NCBI GenBank assembly: GCA_007130145.1
Contig: SLSY01000086.1
Location: 1 to 48,929, forward strand
Length of the DNA stretch: 48,929 nucleotides
Origin: Bacillota bacterium
Lineage (GTDB): Bacteria > Bacillota > Sulfobacillia > UBA8153
Reading direction: 5' to 3'
Shown here: in pieces, positions 8,833-18,962 of the stretch
Layout of the letters: every line of letters begins with the position of its first letter
Position numbering within the stretch: the first letter of the stretch is position 1
Made by a program: the position numbers and the translations under genes
The notes under the pieces: model-generated
Database searches by the model: none
What the model was told of the DNA's origin: nothing
Seen by the model: the letters and a program-made list of their open reading frames with translations, nothing else

Positions 8833-10629
8833 TCAAATCTCCTCCTGAATCTTGAACTGCCGCTCATATAACAGGGCATAGACGCCGTCTTTGGCTAGCA
8901 ACTCATCGTGCTTGCCGCGTTCAACGATGCGCCCCTCATCCAAAACCACGATGAGATCCGCATTGCGTATGGTAGACAGCCGGTGAGCGATGATAATAGC
9001 AGTGCGCGCGGCCAAAAGCCTTTCCAGACCCCTCTGTATGACCAATTCGGTATAGGCATCAACACTGGAAGTGGCCTCATCCAGAATGAGAATGGTCGGA
9101 TCGCACAGGAGGGCACGTGCAAACGAAATAAGCTGCCGCTGCCCGATGGACATGTGTGAGCCCCTCTCCCCCACCTCTGTCTCATAGCCATCCTCCATCT
9201 TCTCGATAAAATCGTGGGCCCCGACCACTTTCGCCGCTTCCACCACCTGCTGAAACGTAGCATCCGGGCGGCCATAACAGATGTTCTCTATGATGGTTCC
9301 AGAAAATAGAAAACTGTCCTGCAGGACGATACCCAAGTGTGTCCGAAGGGACTTCAACGTCACATCGCGCACATCGTGCCCAGCAATGAGAACTCTCCCC
9401 TCCTGCACATCATAAAACCGCGAGACCAAGTTGATGATGGATGACTTTCCCGCCCCCGTTTCGCCCACCAGAGCGACACGACGACCGGCTTGCACCGTGA
9501 GATTGATGTTGTGCAAGATGGGCCTTTCGGGGTCGTAACCAAACGTAACATCCTCCAGTTGTACCCGGCCTTCAATACCTTTGAGCTCAATAGCATCGGT
9601 CTTGTCCTGGATCTCAGGCTCCTCATCCATGATGCCAAAGACCTTCTCACAGGATGCCATGGCCGATTGCATCATATTGTAGATGTTGCTAATTTCCTGG
9701 ATGGGTTGAAAAAACCGCGTGAGATAGAGAGTAAAAGACACCAGAACACCGATGGTCAGACCACCGGTACCTCCAATGATCATGGTCCCGCCGTACCAGA
9801 GGACGACACAGGTCCCCGTCGCACCGATCAGCTGCACAAAGGGTCCGAAAATGGCAAACAGGGTGATGGCATGCATGTTGGCATCCATGTTCTCCTGGCT
9901 CACCACGTTAAAACGGGCATGATTCACGTCTTCTCTGACAAACGATTGGGTGACACGAATGCCTGAAATGCTCTCCTGCAAGTTCGCGTATACCATGGCC
10001 AGTTTTTGGCGCACCTCGGCATAAGCCCGCCGCACATGCCCCCTGAACACCGTAGCCGCCCAGATCAAGATGGGAATGGTGACAAAGGAGGCCAGGGCCA
10101 ACCTAGCGTTCATGCTAACCAGGATGATGACAATGGCCACAACGGTGATGACGTCGGCTACCAGATGCACAAGACCGGATGAGACCAGCTCGCTCATGGC
10201 GTTGACATCATTGGTTACCCGTGACATGATCACACCGGCCGGTTGCCGGTCAAAGAACCTAAAGCTTAAGCGCTGCAGGTGAGAATAGAGATCTTGGCGG
10301 ATTGCGAACACGGCCTTCTGGCCCACCCAGGTCATGAAGTATGTCTGCCAGTAGCTGGCAAACCAATGCACCAGTTGGGTGGCGATGAAGATAGCGGATA
10401 ACCAAGCTAAACCCACCATATCATGCTGGGCGATGTGGTTATCTATCGCCAAACCGATAAGATAAGGCCCCACCAAACCGGTCAGCGACACGATCACCAT
10501 CATGAGCATGGCTAAGGCTAAACGACCCGAATAGGGTGCGACATAGTTCCACAATCGCTTGGCCAGGCGAGCATCATACTTGCGGTAACGTGATTCTTCA
10601 TCGGTGTGAAGATGGTGATGCATGCTCAT
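8833..10629 (-). CDS. ABC exporter fused permease/ATPase, catalytically competent Walker B half
   Basis: Six-TM exporter domain plus an NBD. Walker A GETGAGKSS and Walker B ILILDEATS (catalytic Glu present), but a degenerate signature MSIGQ. Overlaps the upstream partner by 4 nt. Confidence 0.9.
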   Translation of the reverse strand: MSMHHHLHTDEESRYRKYDARLAKRLWNYVAPYSGRLALAMLMMVIVSLTGLVGPYLIGLAIDNHIAQHDMVGLAWLSAIFIATQLVHWFASYWQTYFMTWVGQKAVFAIRQDLYSHLQRLSFRFFDRQPAGVIMSRVTNDVNAMSELVSSGLVHLVADVITVVAIVIILVSMNARLALASFVTIPILIWAATVFRGHVRRAYAEVRQKLAMVYANLQESISGIRVTQSFVREDVNHARFNVVSQENMDANMHAITLFAIFGPFVQLIGATGTCVVLWYGGTMIIGGTGGLTIGVLVSFTLYLTRFFQPIQEISNIYNMMQSAMASCEKVFGIMDEEPEIQDKTDAIELKGIEGRVQLEDVTFGYDPERPILHNINLTVQAGRRVALVGETGAGKSSIINLVSRFYDVQEGRVLIAGHDVRDVTLKSLRTHLGIVLQDSFLFSGTIIENICYGRPDATFQQVVEAAKVVGAHDFIEKMEDGYETEVGERGSHMSIGQRQLISFARALLCDPTILILDEATSSVDAYTELVIQRGLERLLAARTAIIIAHRLSTIRNADLIVVLDEGRIVERGKHDELLAKDGVYALLYERQFKIQEEI

Positions 10630-12407
10630 GCCATGCCACCTCCTTGCTCTGGGTCGATACGTTCGCGGCCGTCTTCCACCTGCAAATGATATATTTCCTG
10701 ATAGCGACGGCCCGTCTTCATCAATTGCTCGTGGGTTCCTCTTTCCACCACGCGCCCATCCTCCAGTACGATGATCTCATCAGCGTCCTTGATGGAAGAC
10801 AACCGCTGAGATATAACAAACGTTGTGCGGTTCTCCATGAGTACCGCTAGGGCCTGCTGGATCAAATGCTCGGTCTCTGTGTCCACGCTGGATGTGGCAT
10901 CGTCGAGAATGAGAACACCGGGATTAATGAGAAGAGTGCGCGCAATAGCCACCCGTTGCTTCTGACCACCAGAAAGGCCCACACCCCGTTCGCCCACCAC
11001 CGTATCATAACCCTTGGGTAAGGTCATAATGAAGTCGTGGATACGGGCAGAACGAGCCGCCCATTCGATCTCTTCTTGGCTGGCGTCGGGTCGGCCGTAG
11101 CTGATATTCTCGAGAATGGTTGCTGAGAAAAGGAACGTATCTTGCATCACTACACCGACCTGTCGACGCAAACTGGACAGGGTCACATCGCGAATATCCT
11201 CACCGTCAATGAGCACCCGCCCATGGCTCGGATCATGGAAGCGTGGAATCAGACTGACCAGAGTGGACTTTCCAGAACCGGTACCACCCAGCAAGGCAAT
11301 GATCTGGCCAGGCTTGGCCTCGATGTTGATATGGGAGAGTACGGGCTCAGAAGCCCCGGGATAGACAAAGAAGACATCATCAAGTCGCACATGCCCCTCT
11401 ATCTCGCCCAGCTTCCGGGCGCCCGGTTTCTCTTCAATGAGTATCGGTTCGTCGAGCACTTCGAACACGCGCTCCCCCGAAGCGATACCCCGTTGATACA
11501 GGTTTACGATCCATCCCACCATGCGCAAAGGCATGATGAGCATCAGAAGGTATGCGTTAAACGCCACCAATTCTCCCAAGGTGAGCCGCCCCTGCATCAC
11601 CTCCATGCCTCCGTACCAGATGACAAACACCGTACCCAACTGTGACAAGAAGTTCATCAGAGGGAAGTAGAAGGCCCACATCTTGACCGCTCTGAGTTCT
11701 TTCTGAAAGTAACCCTCATTGACGTGTCGGAATTTTTCCCGCTCTGACTCCTCTTGAGCAAAGGCCCGCACCACCCTCACGCCGGTTACATTCTCCTGCA
11801 ACGTTGAAGTAAGGGTGGCCAGCTGCGCCTGAATATCGCGGTAGGCAGGGCGCACCTTGGTAGCAAACTGTGCTACTGTGTAAACAAGGAAAGGCATGAG
11901 AAGCAGTGATACCAGCGCCAAGCGCCAATGCAAACTGAACAGCAAGAAAAGAACGATACCGAAGGTGAAAATATTGGATAGAAGGTTGATGATGCCAAAC
12001 CCAATCATGCGGCGCAGAGTTTCCACGTCACCGGTGACTCGAGCCATCAGTTGCCCTGTACGCATATCGTCATAATAGCTAAAAGAAAGCGCCTGCAAAT
12101 GCCGATAGAGATCGCTGCGCATATCATACACAACGTGCTGCGCCACATATTCCATGGAGTAGCGCTGGAAAAAGGCCGCCACGCCGCGAAGAGCAGCCAC
12201 ACCCACCACCGCCAAGGAGAGGGGTATGAGCAGGTGGTGCTGTCCCAGGGTGAGCGCTTCATCGATGACTCTCTTGGTCAACCAAGGGATCATCATGTTC
12301 AGCGTCACCATGCCCGTCATTCCCATGGCAGCCAATATCATCCACCGGATATAAGGCCGAGTGTATCTTAAGATGCGATAAACAACTTTCATTCCAACTA
12401 TGCCCAC
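10626..12407 (-). CDS. ABC exporter fused permease/ATPase, degenerate-site half
   Basis: Walker A GGTGSGKST and canonical signature LSGGQ, but Walker B is VLILDDATS (Asp replaces the catalytic Glu). The start is either GTG at 12407 or ATG at 12392. Confidence 0.9.
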   Translation of the reverse strand: MGIVGMKVVYRILRYTRPYIRWMILAAMGMTGMVTLNMMIPWLTKRVIDEALTLGQHHLLIPLSLAVVGVAALRGVAAFFQRYSMEYVAQHVVYDMRSDLYRHLQALSFSYYDDMRTGQLMARVTGDVETLRRMIGFGIINLLSNIFTFGIVLFLLFSLHWRLALVSLLLMPFLVYTVAQFATKVRPAYRDIQAQLATLTSTLQENVTGVRVVRAFAQEESEREKFRHVNEGYFQKELRAVKMWAFYFPLMNFLSQLGTVFVIWYGGMEVMQGRLTLGELVAFNAYLLMLIMPLRMVGWIVNLYQRGIASGERVFEVLDEPILIEEKPGARKLGEIEGHVRLDDVFFVYPGASEPVLSHINIEAKPGQIIALLGGTGSGKSTLVSLIPRFHDPSHGRVLIDGEDIRDVTLSSLRRQVGVVMQDTFLFSATILENISYGRPDASQEEIEWAARSARIHDFIMTLPKGYDTVVGERGVGLSGGQKQRVAIARTLLINPGVLILDDATSSVDTETEHLIQQALAVLMENRTTFVISQRLSSIKDADEIIVLEDGRVVERGTHEQLMKTGRRYQEIYHLQVEDGRERIDPEQGGGMA

Positions 12408-12576
12408 CCAATGTCATGCCCGGCCACTGAGGGCCGGGCCCTAATGCTGCGATGGGCTCCTCCGCCTCCTCCACTGTTAAAACTCCCTATTTTATCTTCT
12501 CTTGTGATGATAGAATCCCTCTTATCAACACCGGAAAAAGCCACACGTCGAAATGAAACGTAGACTTGGCTCCGTA

Positions 12577-13770
12577 TCACGATACTTCCTTCTTCAAGGC
12601 GGCCGTTAGAGCGGGTATCACCTCAAACAAGTCGCCCACAATGCCATAAGTTGCCACCTGAAATATGGGGGCATCGGCATTCTTGTTGATCGCCACGATC
12701 ACATCGGCCGATTGCATGCCGGCCAGATGTTGAATGGCCCCGGAAATACCCACAGCAATGTAGAGTTTGGGAGCTACTGTCTTGCCGGTCTGGCCCACTT
12801 GATGACGATAGGGTATCCAGCCGGAGTCGACAGCAGCTCGTGATGCCCCCACTGCGCCGTTGAGCATACTGGCGAGTTCTTCCAAGAGACTGAAGTTCTT
12901 GCTGTCTCCGAGCCCGCGTCCGCCTGACACAATAATATCAGCCTCTTCAATGTTGATGCTGTGTATTAGCTCGGGAATGTAATCAAGTAGGCGCGTGCGG
13001 CTGGTTAACTGATGCGCGTTTAGGCTTAGTTCCACGATGCGGCCCTGGCGCTTGGTATCTGCTATTGCTCGCTTCATCACTTTGGGTCTCACACTGGCCA
13101 TTTGCGGGCGGTGACGCCGACAGAGAATCGTAGCCATGATATTGCCACCCCAGGCAGGGCGCGTTTGCTCCAAGAGCCTGGCCTCACCGGCAATGCTCAG
13201 TTCGGTGCAATCCGCGGTGAGTCCCGTCCGCAGGCGCCCGGCCAACCGGGGTGCTAAAGAGCGGCCGGTAGAGGTGGCCCCAAACAAGAATATCTCTGGC
13301 TCGAATTCCTCTACACCTTGGGCAATGATCGCCGTGTAAGGTTCATCGCGGAAATCCTTGAGTTCGGGATGGTCAGCCAAATACACAATATCAGCCCCAT
13401 GAGCAATGAGGTCACCCGTCAGCTTCCCCACTTCGTGCCCCAAAAGCACGGCACAAAGCGGTGTGTCCAGCTCATCGGCTAACTTCCGTCCCTCCCCGAG
13501 AAGCTCGTAGACAACGCCGGACAGTTGTCCGCTGCGTTGCTCTGCAAAGATCCAAACGCCCCCTTGCGCAGGGGGGCTTACTATGGCTTCCTCGCTCTGT
13601 TCCATCTCGATCGCCCCAAAGGCACAGTGGTCAACACAAGCACCACAGAGGTTACAGGCATCACCAATACGCGCGATCCCATCCTCAATGGTAATGGCAC
13701 CAAATGGGCAGCTGGAGAGGCACTCTTCGCAACCAGAGCAATTCTCCTCTATGATTCGTATGTATTTCAT
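12577..13770 (-). CDS. etfA: Electron transfer flavoprotein alpha subunit with N-terminal 2x[4Fe-4S] ferredoxin domain
   Basis: The N-terminus carries CSGCEECLSSCP and CNLCGACVDHC. The C-terminal FAD-binding EtfA core is present (VSGGRGLG, SRAAVDSGW, QVGQTGKTVAPKLYIAVGISGAIQH). Confidence 0.88.
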   Translation of the reverse strand: MKYIRIIEENCSGCEECLSSCPFGAITIEDGIARIGDACNLCGACVDHCAFGAIEMEQSEEAIVSPPAQGGVWIFAEQRSGQLSGVVYELLGEGRKLADELDTPLCAVLLGHEVGKLTGDLIAHGADIVYLADHPELKDFRDEPYTAIIAQGVEEFEPEIFLFGATSTGRSLAPRLAGRLRTGLTADCTELSIAGEARLLEQTRPAWGGNIMATILCRRHRPQMASVRPKVMKRAIADTKRQGRIVELSLNAHQLTSRTRLLDYIPELIHSINIEEADIIVSGGRGLGDSKNFSLLEELASMLNGAVGASRAAVDSGWIPYRHQVGQTGKTVAPKLYIAVGISGAIQHLAGMQSADVIVAINKNADAPIFQVATYGIVGDLFEVIPALTAALKKEVS

Positions 13771-13781
13771 GTCGCTCCCCC

Positions 13782-14576
13782 TTACATTAAGCCAGCCTGA
13801 CGCAACCCGTGTATCAGTTGCTTTGCTTGCTCATCAGGCGACCCTTCCAGAATCTGTGTATCCTTTTCTAGTTGGGGAGTGAAGACCTTTACCACCTCTG
13901 TCGGCGAGCCAGCGAGCCCCACCCGCTCTGCATCCACTGCCAGTTCTGCTGCATCCCACACGGTTACTTCCATACGTTTAGCCTTCATAATCCCTCTAAG
14001 CGAAGGGAGGCGGGGCTCGTTGATCTCCTTGACCACCGTCAAGAGAGCCGGCATTGTCATTTCGACTTGTTCAATGCCGCCTTCGACCAATCGTTCCACC
14101 TCGATGGCTTGGGGTGACAAGGACGCGATCTTGCGGACATAGGTAGCATGAGGTATATCCAATTCCTCCGCCACTCCCGGCCCAACTTGCGCCGTATCAC
14201 CATCCACTGCCTGCTTACCGCAGAGGACCAAGTCACATCCACCCAATGTCTCGATGGCCCGGGCCAGTGTGTAAGCGGTAGCGAGTGTATCGGCTCCGGC
14301 AAAAGCTCGATCGGACAAAAGCACCGCCCTATCACAACCGAGAGCCAGTGCTTCTTTGAGCATTTCCTGCGCTTGGGGTGGCCCCATGCTCAAGGCAACA
14401 ACTTCATGATCACCTTCCTGTTTCTCCTTGATGCGCAGCGCCTCTTCGAGAGCGTACATATCAAAAGGATTAGTAATCGAAGCGACTCCCTCTCGCATCA
14501 AAGTACCCGTTTCCGGGTTAATCTTGGCCGACTCCGTGGTCTCTGGAACTTGCTTTACGCATACTACGATCCGCAA
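13782..14576 (-). CDS. etfB: Electron transfer flavoprotein beta subunit
   Basis: LRIVVCVKQVPE matches the typical EtfB N-terminus. I placed the start at TTG 14576, which is preceded by GGAGGGAGG with a 7-nt spacer. The ORF extends to 14627. Confidence 0.87.
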   Translation of the reverse strand: MRIVVCVKQVPETTESAKINPETGTLMREGVASITNPFDMYALEEALRIKEKQEGDHEVVALSMGPPQAQEMLKEALALGCDRAVLLSDRAFAGADTLATAYTLARAIETLGGCDLVLCGKQAVDGDTAQVGPGVAEELDIPHATYVRKIASLSPQAIEVERLVEGGIEQVEMTMPALLTVVKEINEPRLPSLRGIMKAKRMEVTVWDAAELAVDAERVGLAGSPTEVVKVFTPQLEKDTQILEGSPDEQAKQLIHGLRQAGLM

Positions 14577-14652
14577 CGTTTTGCCTCCCTCCGTTCTGGT
14601 GCCCTCCCTTCCCTGCGCTGTGGTCACGCTGGCAAGAGGTTAGGCATAACAC

Positions 14653-14670
14653 AACTCTCCAAACTCTCCA
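14653..14670. repeat. Perfect tandem 9-nt duplication (AACTCTCCA x2) in the etfBA upstream region
   Basis: Read directly from the sequence. It lies between the rnhB stop (14684) and the proposed etfB start (14576). Confidence 0.6.
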
Positions 14671-14683
14671 CAAACGATCAACC

Positions 14684-15490
14684 TCAATCACCGAGCGACG
14701 GCGCCTCCCAAACCGGCCGGAAGGACCGACGGTGAAGCGGGCAGGGACCAAATTCGCGCAGTGCCTGTAAATGTAGGGGGGTAGCATACCCCTTGTGGCG
14801 TGCAAATCCGTACTGAGGGTACATCTCATGATACGTCTCCATCATCCCGTCGCGCGTCACCTTAGCAACGATAGATGCAGCGGCAATGGAGCCCGACCGT
14901 GCATCGCCGCGAACCATGCTCCATACCGGGATGCCCACCTCATGCAAGGCGATCGCATCAACCAAGAGATGATCCGGTTGAATAGCTAACCCTTCCACGG
15001 CGCGCGACATGGCCTTTCTTGTGGCTTGATACACGTTGATGTCATCGACTTCTTGCGCCGGGGCACATCCTATTGATACGGCCAGGGCCTTGTCGAGAAT
15101 CATTTGGTAAAGACGGTTACGTTTTTGGGCACTGAGCACCTTGGAATCTGCCACCTCGTCGAGCGGGTAAAACCGCGGCAGTAGAACGGCACTGGCGACG
15201 ACCGGGCCGGCTAGACAACCTCTGCCGACTTCATCCACCCCTGCCACCTGGTAATCTAAACTCCACAGCACTCGTTCATACCGGTATAGCTTAGCAGGCT
15301 CTCCCTGAGCACGCTCCATCTGCCCCCCGGTCCTTGCGGCCAGCTGCCTGACCTGGCCGCGTGGGTCCTGGCCAAGACACCACATCACCCGGCGCCAGCG
15401 CCTATCGTTCCAAGCGTGACACTTCATCTGCTCCAGCGCTTGGGCCAGCGCAGCCGGGGACTGATGACGACACCACTTGCCTTGCCTCAC
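14684..15490 (-). CDS. rnhB: Ribonuclease HII
   Basis: GVDEVGRGCLAGPVVASAV is the catalytic DEVGRG motif, followed by SKVLSAQKR and DHLLVDA. It has a Bacillus-like N-terminal extension. ATGA overlap with the rbgA stop. Confidence 0.9.
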   Translation of the reverse strand: MRQGKWCRHQSPAALAQALEQMKCHAWNDRRWRRVMWCLGQDPRGQVRQLAARTGGQMERAQGEPAKLYRYERVLWSLDYQVAGVDEVGRGCLAGPVVASAVLLPRFYPLDEVADSKVLSAQKRNRLYQMILDKALAVSIGCAPAQEVDDINVYQATRKAMSRAVEGLAIQPDHLLVDAIALHEVGIPVWSMVRGDARSGSIAAASIVAKVTRDGMMETYHEMYPQYGFARHKGYATPLHLQALREFGPCPLHRRSFRPVWEAPSLGD

Positions 15491-16347
15491 AACTCACCAT
15501 CATGTGGGGGTTCCTCCAAGGTGAAGCGACCCCACTTACCCTGCTGTAAGCCTCGGGCAAACTGAAGCGCGGCGTCCTCCAGCTCAGGTCGTCCACCGCT
15601 GGCAAGACGACCGCGACTCACAGCAAAAGACCGCAGAAACTCCATCTCTTCTCCGGGACGATAGGAAATGCCCACACCCGAAGCGATCTCCTCGGTTTGG
15701 TGACCCAAACCTTCCTTCAGCAGCCAAGTACATAACTCAACGGCATCAAAGCGATCCAAGGAGAGGATGCCCACGGTCTGAAGTATGCGGGCCGCGTCAG
15801 TGTCGCCTGCCTGTACAGGCAGCATTCCCGGCAGATCCAACAGCTCGATGTTACCACTCCGAAGCCACTGTTCACCTCGGGTGATACCGGGCTTGGCCCC
15901 GGTACGAGCTTTGGCTTTCCCTCGCGTCAGCCGATTGAGCAGTGAGGACTTGCCCACATTGGGCAAGCCTATCACAATAGCTCGCAGGGGGCGATGGCGC
16001 CTTCCCCGTTCCGCCAAACGCTCATTGAGACCCATCCCCGCTCTTTTCAGCTGGGTTTGCAAGGGGCCGAGCCCTTCACCTCGCACGGCGTCAATGGCAA
16101 AGGCATATACATTCTGCTGCTGCCAGTAGGACAACCACTTGCTGGTACTCATTGGTGCGGCTAAGTCACTGTGACTCATGATGAGCAAGCGTGGTTTGCG
16201 CTCGGCTAGGGCATCAGCATCAACGCTATGAGTGGCCAGAGGAGCTCGCGCATCCACTACTTCGAGCACCATGTCGACCAAGCCGACTTTCTCGCGCGCA
16301 ATGCGCCGCGCCTTAGCCATATGTCCAGGGAGACCGCCCCGTCGCAT
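15487..16347 (-). CDS. rbgA: Ribosome biogenesis GTPase A (YlqF/RbgA)
   Basis: LPGHMAKARR is followed by a circularly permuted GTPase: the G4-like SHSDL precedes G1 GLPNVGKSSLLN and DLPG. Confidence 0.88.
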   Translation of the reverse strand: MRRGGLPGHMAKARRIAREKVGLVDMVLEVVDARAPLATHSVDADALAERKPRLLIMSHSDLAAPMSTSKWLSYWQQQNVYAFAIDAVRGEGLGPLQTQLKRAGMGLNERLAERGRRHRPLRAIVIGLPNVGKSSLLNRLTRGKAKARTGAKPGITRGEQWLRSGNIELLDLPGMLPVQAGDTDAARILQTVGILSLDRFDAVELCTWLLKEGLGHQTEEIASGVGISYRPGEEMEFLRSFAVSRGRLASGGRPELEDAALQFARGLQQGKWGRFTLEEPPHDGEL

Positions 16348-16357
16348 ACTCTTCCCC

Positions 16358-16882
16358 CTAACCCGGCACGGGTGAAGCCGACAGGGTCTTCATTCTACCC
16401 AGCGGCCAAAATACGATGAAGGCACGACCCTTAATGAGGTCGTAGGGTACTGGGCCAAAGGAACGGCTATCATCACTGTTGGCCCGGTTATCCCCTAATA
16501 CGAAAACATGTTCCTCCGGTACAGTCATCGCAGGAAAACTCGCCCCCCCCATGCGTATAACATAGGGTTCGGTGACAAGTGCTCCATCCACATACACCCG
16601 CCCCATCTTAATCTCAATGGTTTCGCCCGGCAAAGCGATCACTCGCTTCACATAGTCTCTATCGGGCGAACGCGGGTAACGGAAAACCACTATGTCGCCA
16701 TGTCCGGGCAGAGCGAAGCGATAGAGCATCTTATTCACAAGCAGTCGCTCACTATCGACCAGCGTGGGCTCCATAGAAGTACCCTGAACAACGAAGGACT
16801 CCACCATGTAGGCCCTTAGCACCAGTGCAATGAGCAGGGCTATGACTATGGTTTCCAGCGTCTCCCGTACCGCCCTGTTCAA
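16358..16882 (-). CDS. lepB: Signal peptidase I
   Basis: N-terminal TM segment, then catalytic boxes GTSMEPTL, KRVIALPGE and GDNRANSDDSR. Confidence 0.9.
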   Translation of the reverse strand: MNRAVRETLETIVIALLIALVLRAYMVESFVVQGTSMEPTLVDSERLLVNKMLYRFALPGHGDIVVFRYPRSPDRDYVKRVIALPGETIEIKMGRVYVDGALVTEPYVIRMGGASFPAMTVPEEHVFVLGDNRANSDDSRSFGPVPYDLIKGRAFIVFWPLGRMKTLSASPVPG

Positions 16883-16898
16883 TCGGATTCACCTCATT

Positions 16899-17249
16899 CT
16901 ACTTCACGCGGATCCGCTCACGAATGCGCGCCCGTTTGCCCTTGCGCTCCCTTACGTAATACAGTTTGGCCCGGCGCACGCGGCCGAGTTTGAGCACTTC
17001 AATTTGGGCCACATTGGGTGAGTGCAACGGAAAGGTTCTCTCCACGCCAATGCCCGATGTTACTCGCCGTACCGTGAATGTCTCGTTAGCGCCTGTGCCT
17101 CGCCGGGCAATGACAACCCCTTCAAACGGCTGCAACCTCTCACGAGCTCCTTCCACGACCTTCACATGAACTCGCACCGAATCACCGGGACGAAACTCAG
17201 GTACATCCTTCTTCATCTGTTCTCTTTCCACTATTCTCAGTAAGTTCAC
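16899..17249 (-). CDS. rplS: 50S ribosomal protein L19
   Basis: 116 aa with [16 protein letters not shown]...[16 protein letters not shown]-type overlap with the trmD stop. Confidence 0.95.
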   Translation of the reverse strand: MNLLRIVEREQMKKDVPEFRPGDSVRVHVKVVEGARERLQPFEGVVIARRGTGANETFTVRRVTSGIGVERTFPLHSPNVAQIEVLKLGRVRRAKLYYVRERKGKRARIRERIRVK

Positions 17250-18010
17250 TTGTCTTTGCCTCCTTGCTCACACTGCTCAATCTCTTCCAAGAGGCGGCGA
17301 TCTTCATACGTCAGCACCGCCTTGGCCAATAGATCAGGTCTGCGGTGATAGGTTCTGCGAAGTGCTTCCTTGCGACGCCATTGCCGAATGCGCTGATGAT
17401 CGCCGGAAAGCAAGACCTCCGGAACCGTCTTGCCCCGAAACTCGCGCGGACGCGTGTACTGGGGACCCTCCAGTAATCCAAAGGAGAAGGAGTCGTAACA
17501 TGCCGAATCCATATGGCCCAGTGCTCCTGGGAGCAAGCGCACCACCGAATCGATGATGGCCATCGCCGGTATCTCCCCCCCCGTCAGCACGAAGTCACCG
17601 ATAGATACCTCTTCATCAACCCAATCACGCACCCTCTCATCGATGCCCTCGTAGTGTCCACAAAGCAACACCAATGCAGGCTTAGTAGCCCACGCCTCAG
17701 CCAACTTCTGCGAATAGGGGCGTCCCTGTGCACAGGCCAGAACCGCGTGTGCCCCACGGGGGCATTGCTGTCGTGCCCATTCTAGCGCCTCCACGACGGG
17801 CTCTGGCTTCAGCAGCATTCCCGCTCCCCCGCCATACGGATAATCATCGACCGTCTTATGAGTATCCGTTGAGAAATCCCGGATGTCCACGGTGCGCAGG
17901 GTCACCCGTCCCTCCTCCTGAGCCCGGCCCAATATGCTCTGGCCCAGTACCCCATGGAACATGGAGGGAAACAATGTCAGCACGATGACGTCCAAACTTC
18001 TCCCTCCCAT
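17246..18010 (-). CDS. trmD: tRNA (guanine37-N1)-methyltransferase TrmD
   Basis: [39 protein letters not shown] and GDFVLTGGE. The start may instead be TTG at 17995. Confidence 0.92.
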   Translation of the reverse strand: MGGRSLDVIVLTLFPSMFHGVLGQSILGRAQEEGRVTLRTVDIRDFSTDTHKTVDDYPYGGGAGMLLKPEPVVEALEWARQQCPRGAHAVLACAQGRPYSQKLAEAWATKPALVLLCGHYEGIDERVRDWVDEEVSIGDFVLTGGEIPAMAIIDSVVRLLPGALGHMDSACYDSFSFGLLEGPQYTRPREFRGKTVPEVLLSGDHQRIRQWRRKEALRRTYHRRPDLLAKAVLTYEDRRLLEEIEQCEQGGKDK

Positions 18011-18504
18011 TCCAGGCTCGGACCTGGTGCCACTATCATGCGGTTGCCTTTGACGTCTACTTCGACCACGACCTCTTTTAGCGCCGGTACCAGCAGCTGG
18101 CGACCATCCTTAGCGCGGACCACGTATACGTCGTTGGCCGGTCGAATCAATACTTCTTCCACGAATCCAAGAGGTTGACCGCAGGTGGTGAATACCTCAA
18201 GACCCTCGAGCTGCCATATATAGAACTGATCTGGCGGCAACGGCACCAGTTGCTGACGGGGCAAGAATAGATAGCTTCCGCACAAACTGTGCGCTTCTTC
18301 CTCGTCTCTGATCCCTTCCAGTTTAACCAAGAAGAAGCGATCATGGTTGCGTACGGACTGAACTTCACGCCGTCGTCTTTCTTCCCCCAAGTAAACCCAC
18401 TTGAGCGCGAAGAAACGCTCGGGGAAGTCCGTCAAGGGATCCACCCGCACCTCACCCTTGTAGCCGTGGGCTCCCAGCACTTGGCCAATGGCTATTCGTC
18501 GCAC
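17977..18504 (-). CDS. rimM: 16S rRNA processing protein RimM
   Basis: [28 protein letters not shown] is followed by a PRC-barrel C-terminus. I placed the start at GTG 18504. The ORF extends to 18618, but that extension overlaps ylqD and is not RimM-like. Confidence 0.85.
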   Translation of the reverse strand: MRRIAIGQVLGAHGYKGEVRVDPLTDFPERFFALKWVYLGEERRRREVQSVRNHDRFFLVKLEGIRDEEEAHSLCGSYLFLPRQQLVPLPPDQFYIWQLEGLEVFTTCGQPLGFVEEVLIRPANDVYVVRAKDGRQLLVPALKEVVVEVDVKGNRMIVAPGPSLEWEGEVWTSSC

Positions 18505-18962
18505 GGCTCTTGCTCCCGAAAAGACCCCATCTGAGCCTCCACGATCACACCGTCCTTGATAATGATGCGACCAGAGTCCAGCTGATCCCAGCTCATCCCC
18601 GCCTGCACTCTGACCCAAGCCTCAACCGTCCCTTGCAGCAAGAGAGCGCCGGGGGCCAGCTGCGCTATCTCCTTTAGCCGCTCCCGCCATTGGGAGCGCT
18701 GTGTGTTGCAATTGTCGATTTCCTCTTGGAGTTTCCTCTCCGTCTCCCCGTCGTCGAGGCGGGCGCGCGCTTTCTGCCGGCGGCGCAAACGATTCGTCGT
18801 TTGCTCCGTCTCATAGTCGATTCTGCCCAGGTTTTCCTGGCACTCCTTAGCCAGTTCTTGCCGGAGTGTCTCGGTTACCACGGCCATGACCTTGACCGGG
18901 ACCTTGATGGTCAAGCCCGGTTGGTCAGGGTCAAATAACGTCAACATTGACCCGTTCGCCAC
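18492..18962 (-). CDS. ylqD: YlqD-family protein
   Basis: It occupies the KH-ylqD-rimM position as in Bacillus. It has a coiled-coil middle and a C-terminal VRVQAGMSWD...IIIKDGVIVE pattern that I recall for YlqD. The start is uncertain (18962 or 18947). Confidence 0.65.
   Translation of the reverse strand: MANGSMLTLFDPDQPGLTIKVPVKVMAVVTETLRQELAKECQENLGRIDYETEQTTNRLRRRQKARARLDDGETERKLQEEIDNCNTQRSQWRERLKEIAQLAPGALLLQGTVEAWVRVQAGMSWDQLDSGRIIIKDGVIVEAQMGSFREQEPCDE

Noticed and set aside
12418-12439. GC-rich 8-bp hairpin (GCCCGGCC/GGCCGGGC) just upstream of the ABC exporter start, considered as a riboswitch or attenuator
   Set aside because: It is an isolated short stem with no alternative pairing partner, no U-tract and no recognisable aptamer context. 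It is probably just leader secondary structure.
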